DNA of 64,000 bases from an uncultured archaeon (GTDB lineage: Archaea; Thermoproteota; EX4484-205; JAAOZP01), in assembly GCA_938045545.1 (NCBI GenBank), contig CALIBN010000029.1, forward strand, positions 1 through 64,000. Reading direction: 5' to 3'. A program made the translations under genes and the position numbers. Shown in pieces: positions 10,012-19,269 of this stretch. Within the stretch, counting starts at the first letter, position 1; every line of letters begins with the position of its first letter. The notes beneath the pieces are model-generated. The model was given only the letters and a program-made list of their open reading frames with translations. It made no database searches and was not told the DNA's origin.

Positions 10012-10608
10012 TTACTGCCCGCTTTCGCCGGGGGAGCCTACGACCCGCTGCTCCTTCTCAGCCATCCTGAAAAACGTCCATGAGATGGAGTTCGCCAGCT
10101 CCTTCAGCCTTATCTTATCCCTAAAGTTCCTGAGAATAATCGCTTTCAACAAACCGCCTTCCTCCAGTATGTCGTATGAGAACATTTGGTCCGGTCTAAG
10201 CTCGTTTTTAGCAGCCCGTTCCACATCCCTCTCCCTCATGGGCTCCAGGACCTTCCTAACCAGGAAGGCTTCAAAGGGGGAGACCGCTGTGCTCAGCCTA
10301 AGCTCGGGCAGCGGAATGACTTTGGCGTAAGTCTGGTAGACCTCCATTTCCCCAACCTTAGTATTCTTATACGTGAGCTCAAGCTTTTGAACCACCGCCT
10401 CAGCCTCAGCCTTCTTCATCAACTCAGTCCCGGTTTTAAAGCTCTTGGAAGCCAAAAGATCGTCTACGACCTGCATCAGGCTGTCCAGCTTTTCAAGCTC
10501 TTCTTCAAGCTCTGCTTTCTTCTCAGTCAAGTATTTCTTCAGGTCCGCCAGCCTCTGAGTCTCCTCCTCCCCGCTTTCAGACAAGACTGCTCCATTAACC
10601 TTGCGCAT
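10012..10608 (-). CDS. Hypothetical protein with N-terminal coiled coil
   Basis: LKKYLTEKKAELEEELEKL coiled coil; start moved downstream (10608 or TTG 10584) because the longest ORF's 5' end runs into an IS left-end hairpin. Confidence 0.7.
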   Translation of the reverse strand: MRKVNGAVLSESGEEETQRLADLKKYLTEKKAELEEELEKLDSLMQVVDDLLASKSFKTGTELMKKAEAEAVVQKLELTYKNTKVGEMEVYQTYAKVIPLPELRLSTAVSPFEAFLVRKVLEPMRERDVERAAKNELRPDQMFSYDILEEGGLLKAIILRNFRDKIRLKELANSISWTFFRMAEKEQRVVGSPGESGQ

Positions 10609-10630
10609 GGATGTAGATATGTTTTTACCT

Positions 10631-10873
10631 ATTCGGCGAGAAAGCCCGTGTCCTTCAGGCATGAGGATGAATCGCCCTTTCTCCGCTGAAAGCCTTCCCC
10701 CATGTTCATCCGAGTACGATCGGAGTAATAATAACTACCCATTTATCTAATATGGTTGGGAGCTGCGGAGGAGCGCGAAACGAGGAGTTTTAGAAGAAGC
10801 ATCGCAACCGGCGGAATGAGCCCTCAGGGCGACGAACAGGGAATCCCGCTGGCTTCAGCCATGGGAGTGTCAA
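10631..10873 (+). mobile_element. Non-autonomous IS200/IS605-family mini-element (left-end hairpin, structured core, omegaRNA-like right end)
   Basis: Left end GGCGA-GAAAGCCCGTGTCCTTCAGGCATGAGGATGAA-TCGCC; right end GAATCCCGCTGGCTTCAGCCATGGGAGTGTCAA; shares segments with the tnpB locus at 46.8-48.1 kb; no intact transposase ORF. Confidence 0.8.
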
Positions 10874-10970
10874 ACCATGGGGTCTGTTTAAACGTTCTCG
10901 CTAAAAAGTTAAAACCTCCTTCTAAGCGTTTTAAAAACGTTGAAAGGGTTGGGAATGGGGTGGTGGAGAA

Positions 10971-11336
10971 GTGTCTGAAAGGAAGCTTCCAATGGGTGAA
11001 AGCCTTGTTTACGAGGGGCCTGCAAGGTTCATCGGCGGTTCAACCTTCCTAGAGGCCCCTTTAAAAGGCATGCTCGTGTTAACGACGCACAGAATACTCT
11101 TCGAGGAGTACGTGGGCAGGAGGAACAGGAGAACAGTCATCAGGCTTGAAATACCCCTCAACGTTCTCGAGCAGGTTAAGCTGACCAGCGGCGGCTTGCT
11201 TAGAAAACCAGTCGTCACACTGGTCTACCACTCCGACAAGAACCTGCTTGAACAGCCAAGTTTCAGCGTGAAAGAGGCCAATTCGTGGCGTGCATCTTTC
11301 TCCCGGGTTAACATCGGAGGCTTCAGAATAGTTTAG
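10971..11336 (+). CDS. PH-like (GRAM/bPH) domain protein
   Basis: GMLVLTTHRILFE...IPL..L..V beta-sandwich pattern with terminal W-containing helix. Confidence 0.6.
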   Translation: MSERKLPMGESLVYEGPARFIGGSTFLEAPLKGMLVLTTHRILFEEYVGRRNRRTVIRLEIPLNVLEQVKLTSGGLLRKPVVTLVYHSDKNLLEQPSFSVKEANSWRASFSRVNIGGFRIV

Positions 11337-11526
11337 CGAATTCGTTGGAGCACGAATCTAGACTCGTTGAAGCAGGCATATTCTTCAGGAGCTTACGTGA
11401 TTTATAAAGAGCAATAGCATCCTGTTTCGCTCTAGACATCTTACACCTGAAGATTGTGAAATATCCCTGATCATCGTACGGCTTTTTGAAAAAGCTTAAA
11501 ACGAATCATATGAGAAAACAGTTTCG

Positions 11527-12771
11527 ATGCAGCTGAACGGGCTTGCCAAGAAGGTTTGCGAAAGAGCAATGGCTGAAAACGGGAATATAGTATGTTTTTC
11601 TTCAGCCCCAGCCCGATGCGATTTTCTTAATACGCATCAGGATTATAAGATGCTTCCGGTTGTTCCAGCGGCCATCAGGAGAAGAACTTTCGTGGTTTGT
11701 TCGAGGCTGAGTGAGCGGGCTATTGTGAGGGTTAAGTCTCTAACCTTTGAAAGGGAAGGTGTTGAGAGCGAGGATGTTTTCCAATCCGGCGGGGCTGAGC
11801 TTTTGAAGGGAAAATGGTTCGGGAATTATTTCCGCTCTATTCACAAGCTTGTTTCACAGAAGTATGGGATGGTTGAGGCTGGATTAGCAATCTATGTTGA
11901 CAGTGAGGTGCCTGTTGCCTCAGGTTTAGCGAGCAGCGCTGCGCTTCACGTTTCCCTGGCGGCAATGTACTCGGAGCTGTTGAGTCTAGGTTTAAGCAGG
12001 ATGGAGATTGCGGAGCTCGCGTACGAGGCTGAGCACAACGTCATGGGTATTCCCTGCGGGAGGCTTGACCAGTATGCTGCCTCATACGGGGGCATAGTGA
12101 AGCTTGACTTTAAGCCTCGTGTAAGCGTGGAGGAGTTTGAAGGCGAAGGGATCTTCTTCACCGTGGCTGACTCGGGCGTTAGGCATAGTACTGCTGAAAT
12201 ACATCCCGTCAGGCAGTCTGAGCTTAACGCTGCGTTAAAAATGCTCAGGGAGGCTTCGCACGGCCAGCTTTCGAGAATTCTTGAGGGAGACTTTGCCAGT
12301 GTCGAGTGGAGAATGATTAGGGAGGAGCATTTGAAAGACCTGCTGAGCGTGATCCCGCCGAGGCTTGCCTCAAGAGTCTTGTTCACTCTAAGGATGCAGG
12401 CCTCCACCGAGGTTGCGCTTCAAATCCTTAAGCACAGGATGGTTAGGAGGCAAGACTTGGAGAAGCTGGGTTTGAAGCCTATTGAAAACTGGCTTCACGC
12501 TTTAGGCGAGCTGGTAAACCTGCAACACACTTTACTCAGGGATCTTTACGAGGTTAGCCATGAGAAGCTTGAAGCCATGCGTGACTCTGCTTTAGAAGCA
12601 GGTGCCCTCGGCGTTAAAATATCGGGTGCAGGCATGGGGGGCTCGCTGTTGGCCCTCATAAGGAGTATGGATGACGCTCCCAAGGTTGAGGAGGCTTTCC
12701 GGAGAGCTGGGGCACGGAGCGTTTTCACGACGGGCGTGGGCCCAGGGGTTTCAGCGATGCTTCTGCGGTGA
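11527..12771 (+). CDS. GHMP-family sugar kinase (galactokinase-like)
   Basis: APAR.DF..THQDY, PVASGLASSAA, CGRLDQY, KISGAGMGG. Confidence 0.85.
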   Translation: MQLNGLAKKVCERAMAENGNIVCFSSAPARCDFLNTHQDYKMLPVVPAAIRRRTFVVCSRLSERAIVRVKSLTFEREGVESEDVFQSGGAELLKGKWFGNYFRSIHKLVSQKYGMVEAGLAIYVDSEVPVASGLASSAALHVSLAAMYSELLSLGLSRMEIAELAYEAEHNVMGIPCGRLDQYAASYGGIVKLDFKPRVSVEEFEGEGIFFTVADSGVRHSTAEIHPVRQSELNAALKMLREASHGQLSRILEGDFASVEWRMIREEHLKDLLSVIPPRLASRVLFTLRMQASTEVALQILKHRMVRRQDLEKLGLKPIENWLHALGELVNLQHTLLRDLYEVSHEKLEAMRDSALEAGALGVKISGAGMGGSLLALIRSMDDAPKVEEAFRRAGARSVFTTGVGPGVSAMLLR

Positions 12772-12778
12772 AAACCAT

Positions 12779-13735
12779 ATGTCTACAGCCTTGGTGACTG
12801 GTGGCGCAGGATTCATCGGCAGCCACATTGTTGATAGGCTTCTTGAAGAAGGCTGGAGAGTAATTGTTATCGACAATTTTTCAACAGGCAGGTTTGAGAA
12901 CGTTGAACAAGCCTTTAAAACAGGCAGGTTGAGAATCATAATCGGGGACGCTAAGACTATCGACCTTCTAGGCGAGGAGAGCAGCGTGGAGCATGTTTTC
13001 CACTTCGCCGCGAACCCGGATGTGAGGGAAACCTCTCCCTCAATACATTTCCAGGAGAACATCGTGGCGACTTTCAACATGCTTGAATACGCTAGGAGGG
13101 CGGGCGTGAAGATGTTTGTCTTCGCATCCTCCTCCACCGTGTACGGTGACGCTTCCAAGATCCCTACGCCGGAGGACTATGGTCCCCTGAAACCCATCTC
13201 CCTTTATGGGGCTGCTAAGCTCGCTGCAGAAGGCCTGGTTTCATCCTACTGCCACACGTTCGGGATGAAAGGCGTATCTCTGAGGCTTGCTAACGTTGTC
13301 GGCCCAAGGCTTACACACGGGGTGGTGCACGACTTCATCAATAAGCTCCTGAACAACCCTGGGAGGCTTGAAATCCTTGGAGACGGTTCTCAGAGTAAGT
13401 CCTACATTTGGGTGGGCGACTGTGTTGAAGCTGTTCTCCATGTTTTAAAGCATGCTGGGGCTTCTCGTTACGAGGTTTACAACATTGGCTCGGAAGACTG
13501 GGTCACCGTCTCCGAGATTGCCGACATGGTTGTGGAGTCAATGGGGCTCAGAAGCGTTGAGAAGGTTTTCACAGGGGGTGTTGAAAACGGCAGGGGCTGG
13601 ATTGGGGATGTTAAACTCATGAGCCTAGATATAAGTAGGATTAAAGCAACCGGCTGGAGGCCGAGGCACACGAGCAGGGAGGCTGTTAAACTGTGCATCG
13701 AGACGAGGCTTAGGGAGCTTGGGCTGAAGCCCTAA
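12779..13735 (+). CDS. NAD-dependent nucleotide-sugar epimerase (UDP-glucose 4-epimerase-like)
   Basis: VTGGAGFIGSH, ASSSTVYG, YGAAK; true start MSTALV at 12779. Confidence 0.9.
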   Translation: MSTALVTGGAGFIGSHIVDRLLEEGWRVIVIDNFSTGRFENVEQAFKTGRLRIIIGDAKTIDLLGEESSVEHVFHFAANPDVRETSPSIHFQENIVATFNMLEYARRAGVKMFVFASSSTVYGDASKIPTPEDYGPLKPISLYGAAKLAAEGLVSSYCHTFGMKGVSLRLANVVGPRLTHGVVHDFINKLLNNPGRLEILGDGSQSKSYIWVGDCVEAVLHVLKHAGASRYEVYNIGSEDWVTVSEIADMVVESMGLRSVEKVFTGGVENGRGWIGDVKLMSLDISRIKATGWRPRHTSREAVKLCIETRLRELGLKP

Positions 13736-13985
13736 CCACGAACACGCTGTCCCCCTCCTTAACCCTTTCAACGGTCTTCAGGCCTATTGAGCTGCCCGGT
13801 GGAGCAACCTCAACCCTCTTATGCTCTATCTCCATGGATTCAACCCTCTGCCTAATGTTAGTCGTCCTACCCTGAATAATTATCTCATCGCCGGTCTTAA
13901 GCTCCCCAACGAGGTCAACTATGGCAACGCTGATCCTCGGGAAGAAGTGCCTCACGTTCCCCACGTAAACCTTCTCCTCGCTCAA
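13710..13985 (-). CDS. Small EF-Tu domain II-like beta-barrel protein
   Basis: VG.VRHFFPRISVA, LKTGDEI, Q.VESMEI, RVKEGD pattern. Confidence 0.75.
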   Translation of the reverse strand: MSEEKVYVGNVRHFFPRISVAIVDLVGELKTGDEIIIQGRTTNIRQRVESMEIEHKRVEVAPPGSSIGLKTVERVKEGDSVFVVRASAQAP

Positions 13986-14064
13986 CCCGTTTCTAACACT
14001 CGTCTAAAATATATAGCTTTTACGCGGAACACTAATAAGCCTCCAACGGCTTTCAAACCTGTTC

Positions 14065-14577
14065 ATGGAGGACATGGGCTTGCAGGAGCTGATTAAACAG
14101 GCCTTGATAAAATGGCTGGCTGAGGCTGAAAAGCTCATTGTACTCGGGGTTGGAAACGAGCTTAGGGGTGATGACGCTGCCGGGCTACTAGTAGCCGGCG
14201 CCCTTAAGCTTTTCAACAGCGAAAGGTTTGAGGCGGTTGAATGCGGGGTTTCGGTTGAAGACTGCATCGACTACGCCTTTGGGAAAAAGCCTTCCCACCT
14301 GCTGATTGTCGATGCTTTCCGAGACAGGGAGATTATGGTGCTTCTTGACCCTTCTGAATTGGAGTCGCAGACACCGGTTTCGACCCACGCGATTCCACTC
14401 CCCCTGCTTCTAGAGGCTTTGGGGAAACCCGTGGAAACAAGCGTAAAAATACTTGGAATAGGCATGGAGAACTTTGAGCTCGGGTCAACGATTTCTGAAA
14501 GATGTCTTAAGATTGTTAATGAAGCGGCTGAGGCTATTCGTGAGGCTGCAGCGTTTTCAGGTCTTTTAAGAGAGTAA
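14065..14577 (+). CDS. Hydrogenase maturation endopeptidase (HycI/HybD family)
   Basis: LGVGNELRGDDAAG, LIVDA, STHAIPL. Confidence 0.9.
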   Translation: MEDMGLQELIKQALIKWLAEAEKLIVLGVGNELRGDDAAGLLVAGALKLFNSERFEAVECGVSVEDCIDYAFGKKPSHLLIVDAFRDREIMVLLDPSELESQTPVSTHAIPLPLLLEALGKPVETSVKILGIGMENFELGSTISERCLKIVNEAAEAIREAAAFSGLLRE

Positions 14578-14660
14578 TAAGTTTAAGAAAAAGGGGAAAA
14601 TCCTACGTTAAGAGAACGGTGCGCTTAATATAGGATGCGTTTGACCTTCAGCAGAAGAAG

Positions 14661-15947
14661 TCAGCTCCTGGCAAGCTTGACAGTAAACGAGTGGACCGAG
14701 CATGATATGCAGGGGTCGTACGCCCTCACAAGCATGCCGAGCAGTCTTCTAAGAGCCTCATCGTCCAAGTGAGCTACCGATGGAACCAGTTCGAAAACAT
14801 CTCTCTCTATTCTCCAAGAATTATGGGCTGTCGGAGTAACAATGTCCGCGTTCAAAACGTTGCCCTCCCTGTCAATAGCGTACGAGTGGTACAATAGTCC
14901 TCTAGGCGCCTCCGTCAATGCTGCTCCAATACTCTGTCGGAACCTTAGTTTCCTCGGAGGCGGGATTCTTACACCATCTTTCAATATATTCCTCATCTCT
15001 TCTATTGCCTGCACTATCTCCACAGCCCTGACGATCGTTGATTTAAACGGGTTCTTCACAGGCGGCTTGAGACCGGATTTCTCAGCAGCCTCCTTAGCCC
15101 TGTTGCAAAGCAGCTCGTAGTTGAGGTTGAACCTTGAAACCGGGCCTACTTCGAAGGAGCCGTTGTTCTTCAGCATCGACCTCTTGGTGTTTGAATGAGG
15201 AACCTGCTCCTCAGAAACGTATCTCCTGTAATCCCTGCTTTCAAAATATTCTCCTGAACTGGTCTTGGCAAAGCCCTCCGTTATCGCATATTCATTTCTG
15301 CTTGAGAGCGCAACGTTAACATGTTCGGGCTCAAACTCAGGGTAGTTAAAGCCTGAAACCAGCTTAACGGTTTCGAAAGCGTCTTCGAAAGCGGCTTCAA
15401 GGGCCTTAACAACTTCATCCAGTCTGTCAGCAGGCGGGGGCCTTGTGAAGCCTCCGGCCACGAGCGTAACAGGGTGCACAGCCCTCCCGCCTACGTATTC
15501 GGAAACCATGTTCGCAATCCTCTTAAGCCTAAAGCCTCTACGGACAACATCCGCCAGATCCTTTGAGGCCGCTATCGCGCTCGGGTAGCCAAGGAAATCA
15601 GGGGATGCGAGGAAGTATATGTGGAGCGCGTGGCTCTGCATTATTCCGGAGAGTGCAAGCACCTTTCTTAACGCTACAGTCCTCTCATCCAGAGAGACTT
15701 CGAAAGCGTTTTCCACAGCCTTGGCTGCGGTTATGGCGTGGGCTATCGGGCATATGCCGCATATCCTGGATGATAATTCAGGAAGCTCGGAAGCCTTCCT
15801 GCCCCTTAAGAATGCTTCGAAGAACCTGGGTGCTTCAAATATCTTCAGCTTCGCATCCGAAACCCTCCCGTTAGAGATGGCGACTTCTAGAGAACCCTCG
15901 CCTTCAACCCTGCTTATGTAATCGTAGACTATGGTTCTGTCAACCAT
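14661..15947 (-). CDS. hydA: Group 3b [NiFe] sulfhydrogenase large (alpha) subunit
   Basis: RVEGEG, L1 RICGICPIAH, EAPRG, L2 DPCISCSVH with short C-terminal extension. Confidence 0.92.
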   Translation of the reverse strand: MVDRTIVYDYISRVEGEGSLEVAISNGRVSDAKLKIFEAPRFFEAFLRGRKASELPELSSRICGICPIAHAITAAKAVENAFEVSLDERTVALRKVLALSGIMQSHALHIYFLASPDFLGYPSAIAASKDLADVVRRGFRLKRIANMVSEYVGGRAVHPVTLVAGGFTRPPPADRLDEVVKALEAAFEDAFETVKLVSGFNYPEFEPEHVNVALSSRNEYAITEGFAKTSSGEYFESRDYRRYVSEEQVPHSNTKRSMLKNNGSFEVGPVSRFNLNYELLCNRAKEAAEKSGLKPPVKNPFKSTIVRAVEIVQAIEEMRNILKDGVRIPPPRKLRFRQSIGAALTEAPRGLLYHSYAIDREGNVLNADIVTPTAHNSWRIERDVFELVPSVAHLDDEALRRLLGMLVRAYDPCISCSVHSFTVKLARS

Positions 15948-15953
15948 GCTTAA

Positions 15954-16718
15954 TCACCTCCCCAAAGCCTGGAGGAAATTATACTTCCTGAGCTTCAGCC
16001 GTATGAGTTCAGGGCTTACCCCGGCGTTCTCCCATGCTGAAACAAGCCCGCTAACGTTAGTCCCATTCAAAACACCCCGGCAGCCCTCGCATGCCACGTT
16101 GTTCGACGGGCAGAGTGCGCCGCAACCCCCCACCGTGACGGGACCAAGGCACGGCTCCTTTCTCGTGAGGAAAACACACTCATTACCCTTCATCTTGCAC
16201 TCCATGCATACGGTTAAGCCTGGTATGTATGGCGGGACGCGCAGCACCAGCGACATAAGCGTGTTGACAAGTTCATTCCTGTCTATCGGGCATCCGTATA
16301 GGTATGCGTCAACCCTGACGTACTCGTTCAAACCGAATGCTTTCCCAGACCTGATGTGTTCAGGCGAAGAATAAACCATGCTTTCAACCTCCCCCTCGGG
16401 AATAATGTTCTTCATCGCGTTGATCCCGCCGGTTGCCGCACAGGCTCCGGCTGCAACCAGGAACCTCGACATCCTCCTGATTTTCTTCAACATCGCCGCC
16501 TCCTCCTCATTTGTAACGGCGCCCTCAACCAAGGCGGCATCCAGAGGCTCATCCGGAAGATCATCGTCGCTAACCATTCTGAAATACTTCAGCTCAACAT
16601 GCTTAAGAACTTCAAGCAGGCTTTCCTCCAGGTGGACTAGAACCATCTGGCACCCTGAGCAGGACGTGAACTTGAAGACGCCGACCTTAAGCTTATCCGC
16701 CATCCTCAACCACCTCAC
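15954..16718 (-). CDS. hydD: Sulfhydrogenase small (delta) subunit
   Basis: SCSGC, GACA..GG, GCP, C-terminal Cys clusters (CMEC, CLGPVT.GGCGA.CP, CEGC); likely start 16703. Confidence 0.9.
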   Translation of the reverse strand: MRWLRMADKLKVGVFKFTSCSGCQMVLVHLEESLLEVLKHVELKYFRMVSDDDLPDEPLDAALVEGAVTNEEEAAMLKKIRRMSRFLVAAGACAATGGINAMKNIIPEGEVESMVYSSPEHIRSGKAFGLNEYVRVDAYLYGCPIDRNELVNTLMSLVLRVPPYIPGLTVCMECKMKGNECVFLTRKEPCLGPVTVGGCGALCPSNNVACEGCRGVLNGTNVSGLVSAWENAGVSPELIRLKLRKYNFLQALGR

Positions 16719-17554
16719 TCGATCACGTCAGGGAGGAGCCCAATCTCCTCCATGTTGAAGACAGGACCATCCTTGCAGACATACTTGTACCCTATCTGAC
16801 AGTGTCCACACTTCCCCACTCCACACTTCATCCTCCTCTCCAGCGAAAGATAGACTTCAGACGGGTAGAAGCCTATTCTAAGCAGCATTTGAGAGGCAAA
16901 CTTCATCATGACCTCTGGGCCACATATGAAGACGGTGGTGTAGCGCATCCTGGGCTTCACATACCTTAATAGTTCAGTTACAACACCCACGTCATGCTCC
17001 CAGCTGACGTCCGGCGGAACATAATCCACAGTCAGGTAGAGGCGTGTGTTAGGGATATTCCGCCACGAGTCAAACTCGTAAGTATATATCATGTCCCCAG
17101 GGGTTCTCGCCCCGTAGAGTATGTCGACTGAACCGTAAAGGTCCCTGTGCCTAGCGACATAGTGTATGACTGGCCTCAGCGGGGCTAGGCCCATCCCCCC
17201 AGCTATGAGAATAAGGTCGTTTCCAGCGGCTTTCTCAAGCGGCCAAGGCTTGCCGTAAGGCCCCCTGACGCCGAGGACATCCCCAGGCTTAGTGTTGAAG
17301 AGCGCTGTGGTGACTCTTCCAACCCTTCTAACAGTGTTTTCAAACACGTCCTTCTCCTCGGGACTTGAACATATCGAGAAGGCTGATTCTCCGACTCCAA
17401 AGCAGGACACTATGTCGAACTGGCCTGGCCTGAATCTCATCGCCCCACCGTTAACCATTCTCAGCGTGAAAGTTTTAGTCGTAGAGTTCTCGTTCCTGAC
17501 GCTGACGACCTTTGCAAAGACAGGTATGTAAGGGTTTTCAAGCATGTTGCTCAA
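16715..17554 (-). CDS. hydG: Sulfhydrogenase gamma subunit (FAD/NAD(P)-binding, 2Fe-2S)
   Basis: FRPGQF, RGPYG, AGGMGLAP, CGPEVMM, MKCGVGKCGHC. Confidence 0.9.
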   Translation of the reverse strand: MSNMLENPYIPVFAKVVSVRNENSTTKTFTLRMVNGGAMRFRPGQFDIVSCFGVGESAFSICSSPEEKDVFENTVRRVGRVTTALFNTKPGDVLGVRGPYGKPWPLEKAAGNDLILIAGGMGLAPLRPVIHYVARHRDLYGSVDILYGARTPGDMIYTYEFDSWRNIPNTRLYLTVDYVPPDVSWEHDVGVVTELLRYVKPRMRYTTVFICGPEVMMKFASQMLLRIGFYPSEVYLSLERRMKCGVGKCGHCQIGYKYVCKDGPVFNMEEIGLLPDVIE

Positions 17555-18603
17555 GGCGTCTCACCCCTAAGCCTGGCGACAACCCTGGTTATATCTATGC
17601 CTGCGGGACACTGCTCTATGCACCTTCCACACCCCACGCAGCCCAGCGAGCCATACTGGTTCAGCCAATAGTTCATCTTATGGTTTACGAACTGCCTGAT
17701 CCTGGCCGACAAATCCCTCCTGAAGTTTCCTCCCAAAGCCACTTCAGCATACTCCCATAATAAGCATCCGTCCCAGGTCCTTTTCCTCAACACGCCACCC
17801 GTATCCAGCTCAGGCTCGTCCACCACGTTGAAGCAGAAGCAGGTTGGACAGACCATGTTGCATGCGCCGCAGCCGGTGCATTTTTCTGCGAGCTCGTTCC
17901 AAACGGGATTGTATAGTGCTCCGGTCATTAACCTCTGGAGTCCCGCAGTGTTCACATGCCTCCTTATAGAGTTTCTAGCCTCTCTTATAACATCGTTCTT
18001 CTCGAGGATGTCGACGCTCGTAGCCTGAGGCATGTAAAAGTCGCCTACTAGCTCCGCCCCTCTCTTGGAGCCTACTTCCAGCAGAAACCTGTCTCCCAAG
18101 TCCGTCAGGAGAAGGTCGAACCCCTCTTCGAGCGAAGGCCCTGTTCCCAAGGATGTGCAGAAGCAGTATTCGTCGGAGTTCTTACAGTTTAAAGCTATTA
18201 CGAGAAGGTTTTTCCTCCTTGCTTCAAAATAAGGGTCCTTAGGGCGATCCATGTATACTCTTTCCAGTAGATTCATTGCGTTCACGTCGCAGGGATGTAC
18301 ACCCAGTATCGCCGTCCTACTGTTCGGATCTGGAAGCGTCTCCTCGATCCTCCCGTCTTTAATCCTGAATAGGGTTTCTCGCGGAGGTATGAGAAGGGTT
18401 TTCAGAGGGGGCATCGTGGTTCTAACGTAGTTCAACGATATTTCTTCAACCTGGTTTTCGCCTATTCTCCTGAAGACGTGTCGGTATTCTCCCTTAACAG
18501 GCGCGAAAAGGGCGTATCCTTTAGAGATTACGTGTCTGGAGAAATGGGGAATCTCTTCCCTCCTGATTACGAAGGACATTTTCGCCACAAGCCTGTGCAC
18601 CAC
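17551..18603 (-). CDS. hydB: Sulfhydrogenase beta subunit (4Fe-4S)
   Basis: PCD, CFC, CTGCGACNMVCPTCFC, CVGCGRCIEQCP. Confidence 0.9.
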   Translation of the reverse strand: MVHRLVAKMSFVIRREEIPHFSRHVISKGYALFAPVKGEYRHVFRRIGENQVEEISLNYVRTTMPPLKTLLIPPRETLFRIKDGRIEETLPDPNSRTAILGVHPCDVNAMNLLERVYMDRPKDPYFEARRKNLLVIALNCKNSDEYCFCTSLGTGPSLEEGFDLLLTDLGDRFLLEVGSKRGAELVGDFYMPQATSVDILEKNDVIREARNSIRRHVNTAGLQRLMTGALYNPVWNELAEKCTGCGACNMVCPTCFCFNVVDEPELDTGGVLRKRTWDGCLLWEYAEVALGGNFRRDLSARIRQFVNHKMNYWLNQYGSLGCVGCGRCIEQCPAGIDITRVVARLRGETP

Positions 18604-18676
18604 CTTTTTTATAAATCTTTTTTACATTACTTTCATGGGAAGCATCAGGTCAGCTTAAAGGACCTGTAGAGCGGAA

Positions 18677-18730
18677 AGGCAAATTCTTAAATATCAACAT
18701 GTTAGGCAAATTCTTAAATATCGGCATGTT
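18677..18730 (+). repeat. 27-bp tandem duplication containing a BRE/TATA-like element in the divergent hyd/hox promoter
   Basis: AGGCAAATTCTTAAATATCAACATGTT followed by AGGCAAATTCTTAAATATCGGCATGTT (2 mismatches). Confidence 0.9.
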
Positions 18731-18750
18731 AGCCACTCCGCAGCTGCATA

Positions 18751-19269
18751 ATGCCTGATTCAGGGGCTGCACGAACAGGTTTGAAAAACGATAGACGCCT
18801 TCAGATGCTTGAGGCCACCATCAAGCAGCATCAATACAGTAAGGATGCCCTCTTGGAGATCCTTCACACCGCCCAAGAGCTCTACGGGTATTTGGATAGA
18901 GATCTTCTGCTTCATGTTTCAAGGCAGCTCCGCCTGCCTCCGAGCCAGGTCTACGGGGTTGCAACCTTCTACAATCTTTTCAAGCTCAAGAAGCCCGGTA
19001 CACACGTAGTGACGGTTTGCATGGGGACAGCCTGCTACGTTAAAGGCGCTGAAGATATTGTTTCAGCCGTCGAGAGGGAGTTTAACGTTATACGCGGGGG
19101 GACGACGGGCGACGGAAGGCTCTCACTATTCGTGACGAGATGCATAGGCGCATGCGCAATGGCTCCCAACGCTATTGTTGACGGGGAGACTGTTGGAAAG
19201 GCGACTGTGGAAAACGTTTTGAAAAGGGTTAAGGCTGTTCTGGAGGCTGAGATGGTTGAAGCCAGATGA
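18751..19269 (+). CDS. hoxE: Bidirectional hydrogenase diaphorase subunit (NuoE-like, 2Fe-2S)
   Basis: LLEILHTAQELYGYL, VYGVATFY, CMGTACYVKG, CIGAC. Confidence 0.88.
   Translation: MPDSGAARTGLKNDRRLQMLEATIKQHQYSKDALLEILHTAQELYGYLDRDLLLHVSRQLRLPPSQVYGVATFYNLFKLKKPGTHVVTVCMGTACYVKGAEDIVSAVEREFNVIRGGTTGDGRLSLFVTRCIGACAMAPNAIVDGETVGKATVENVLKRVKAVLEAEMVEAR

Noticed and set aside
10631-10873. RNase P RNA, SRP RNA, riboswitch or hammerhead ribozyme (GAGAAAGCCC, CGAAAC)
   Set aside because: The P4 consensus and CUGAUGA core do not match, whereas both termini match IS605-type ends and homologous pieces flank tnpB
10756-11052. 98-aa ORF
   Set aside because: Runs through the IS right end and overlaps the better-supported gene at 10971
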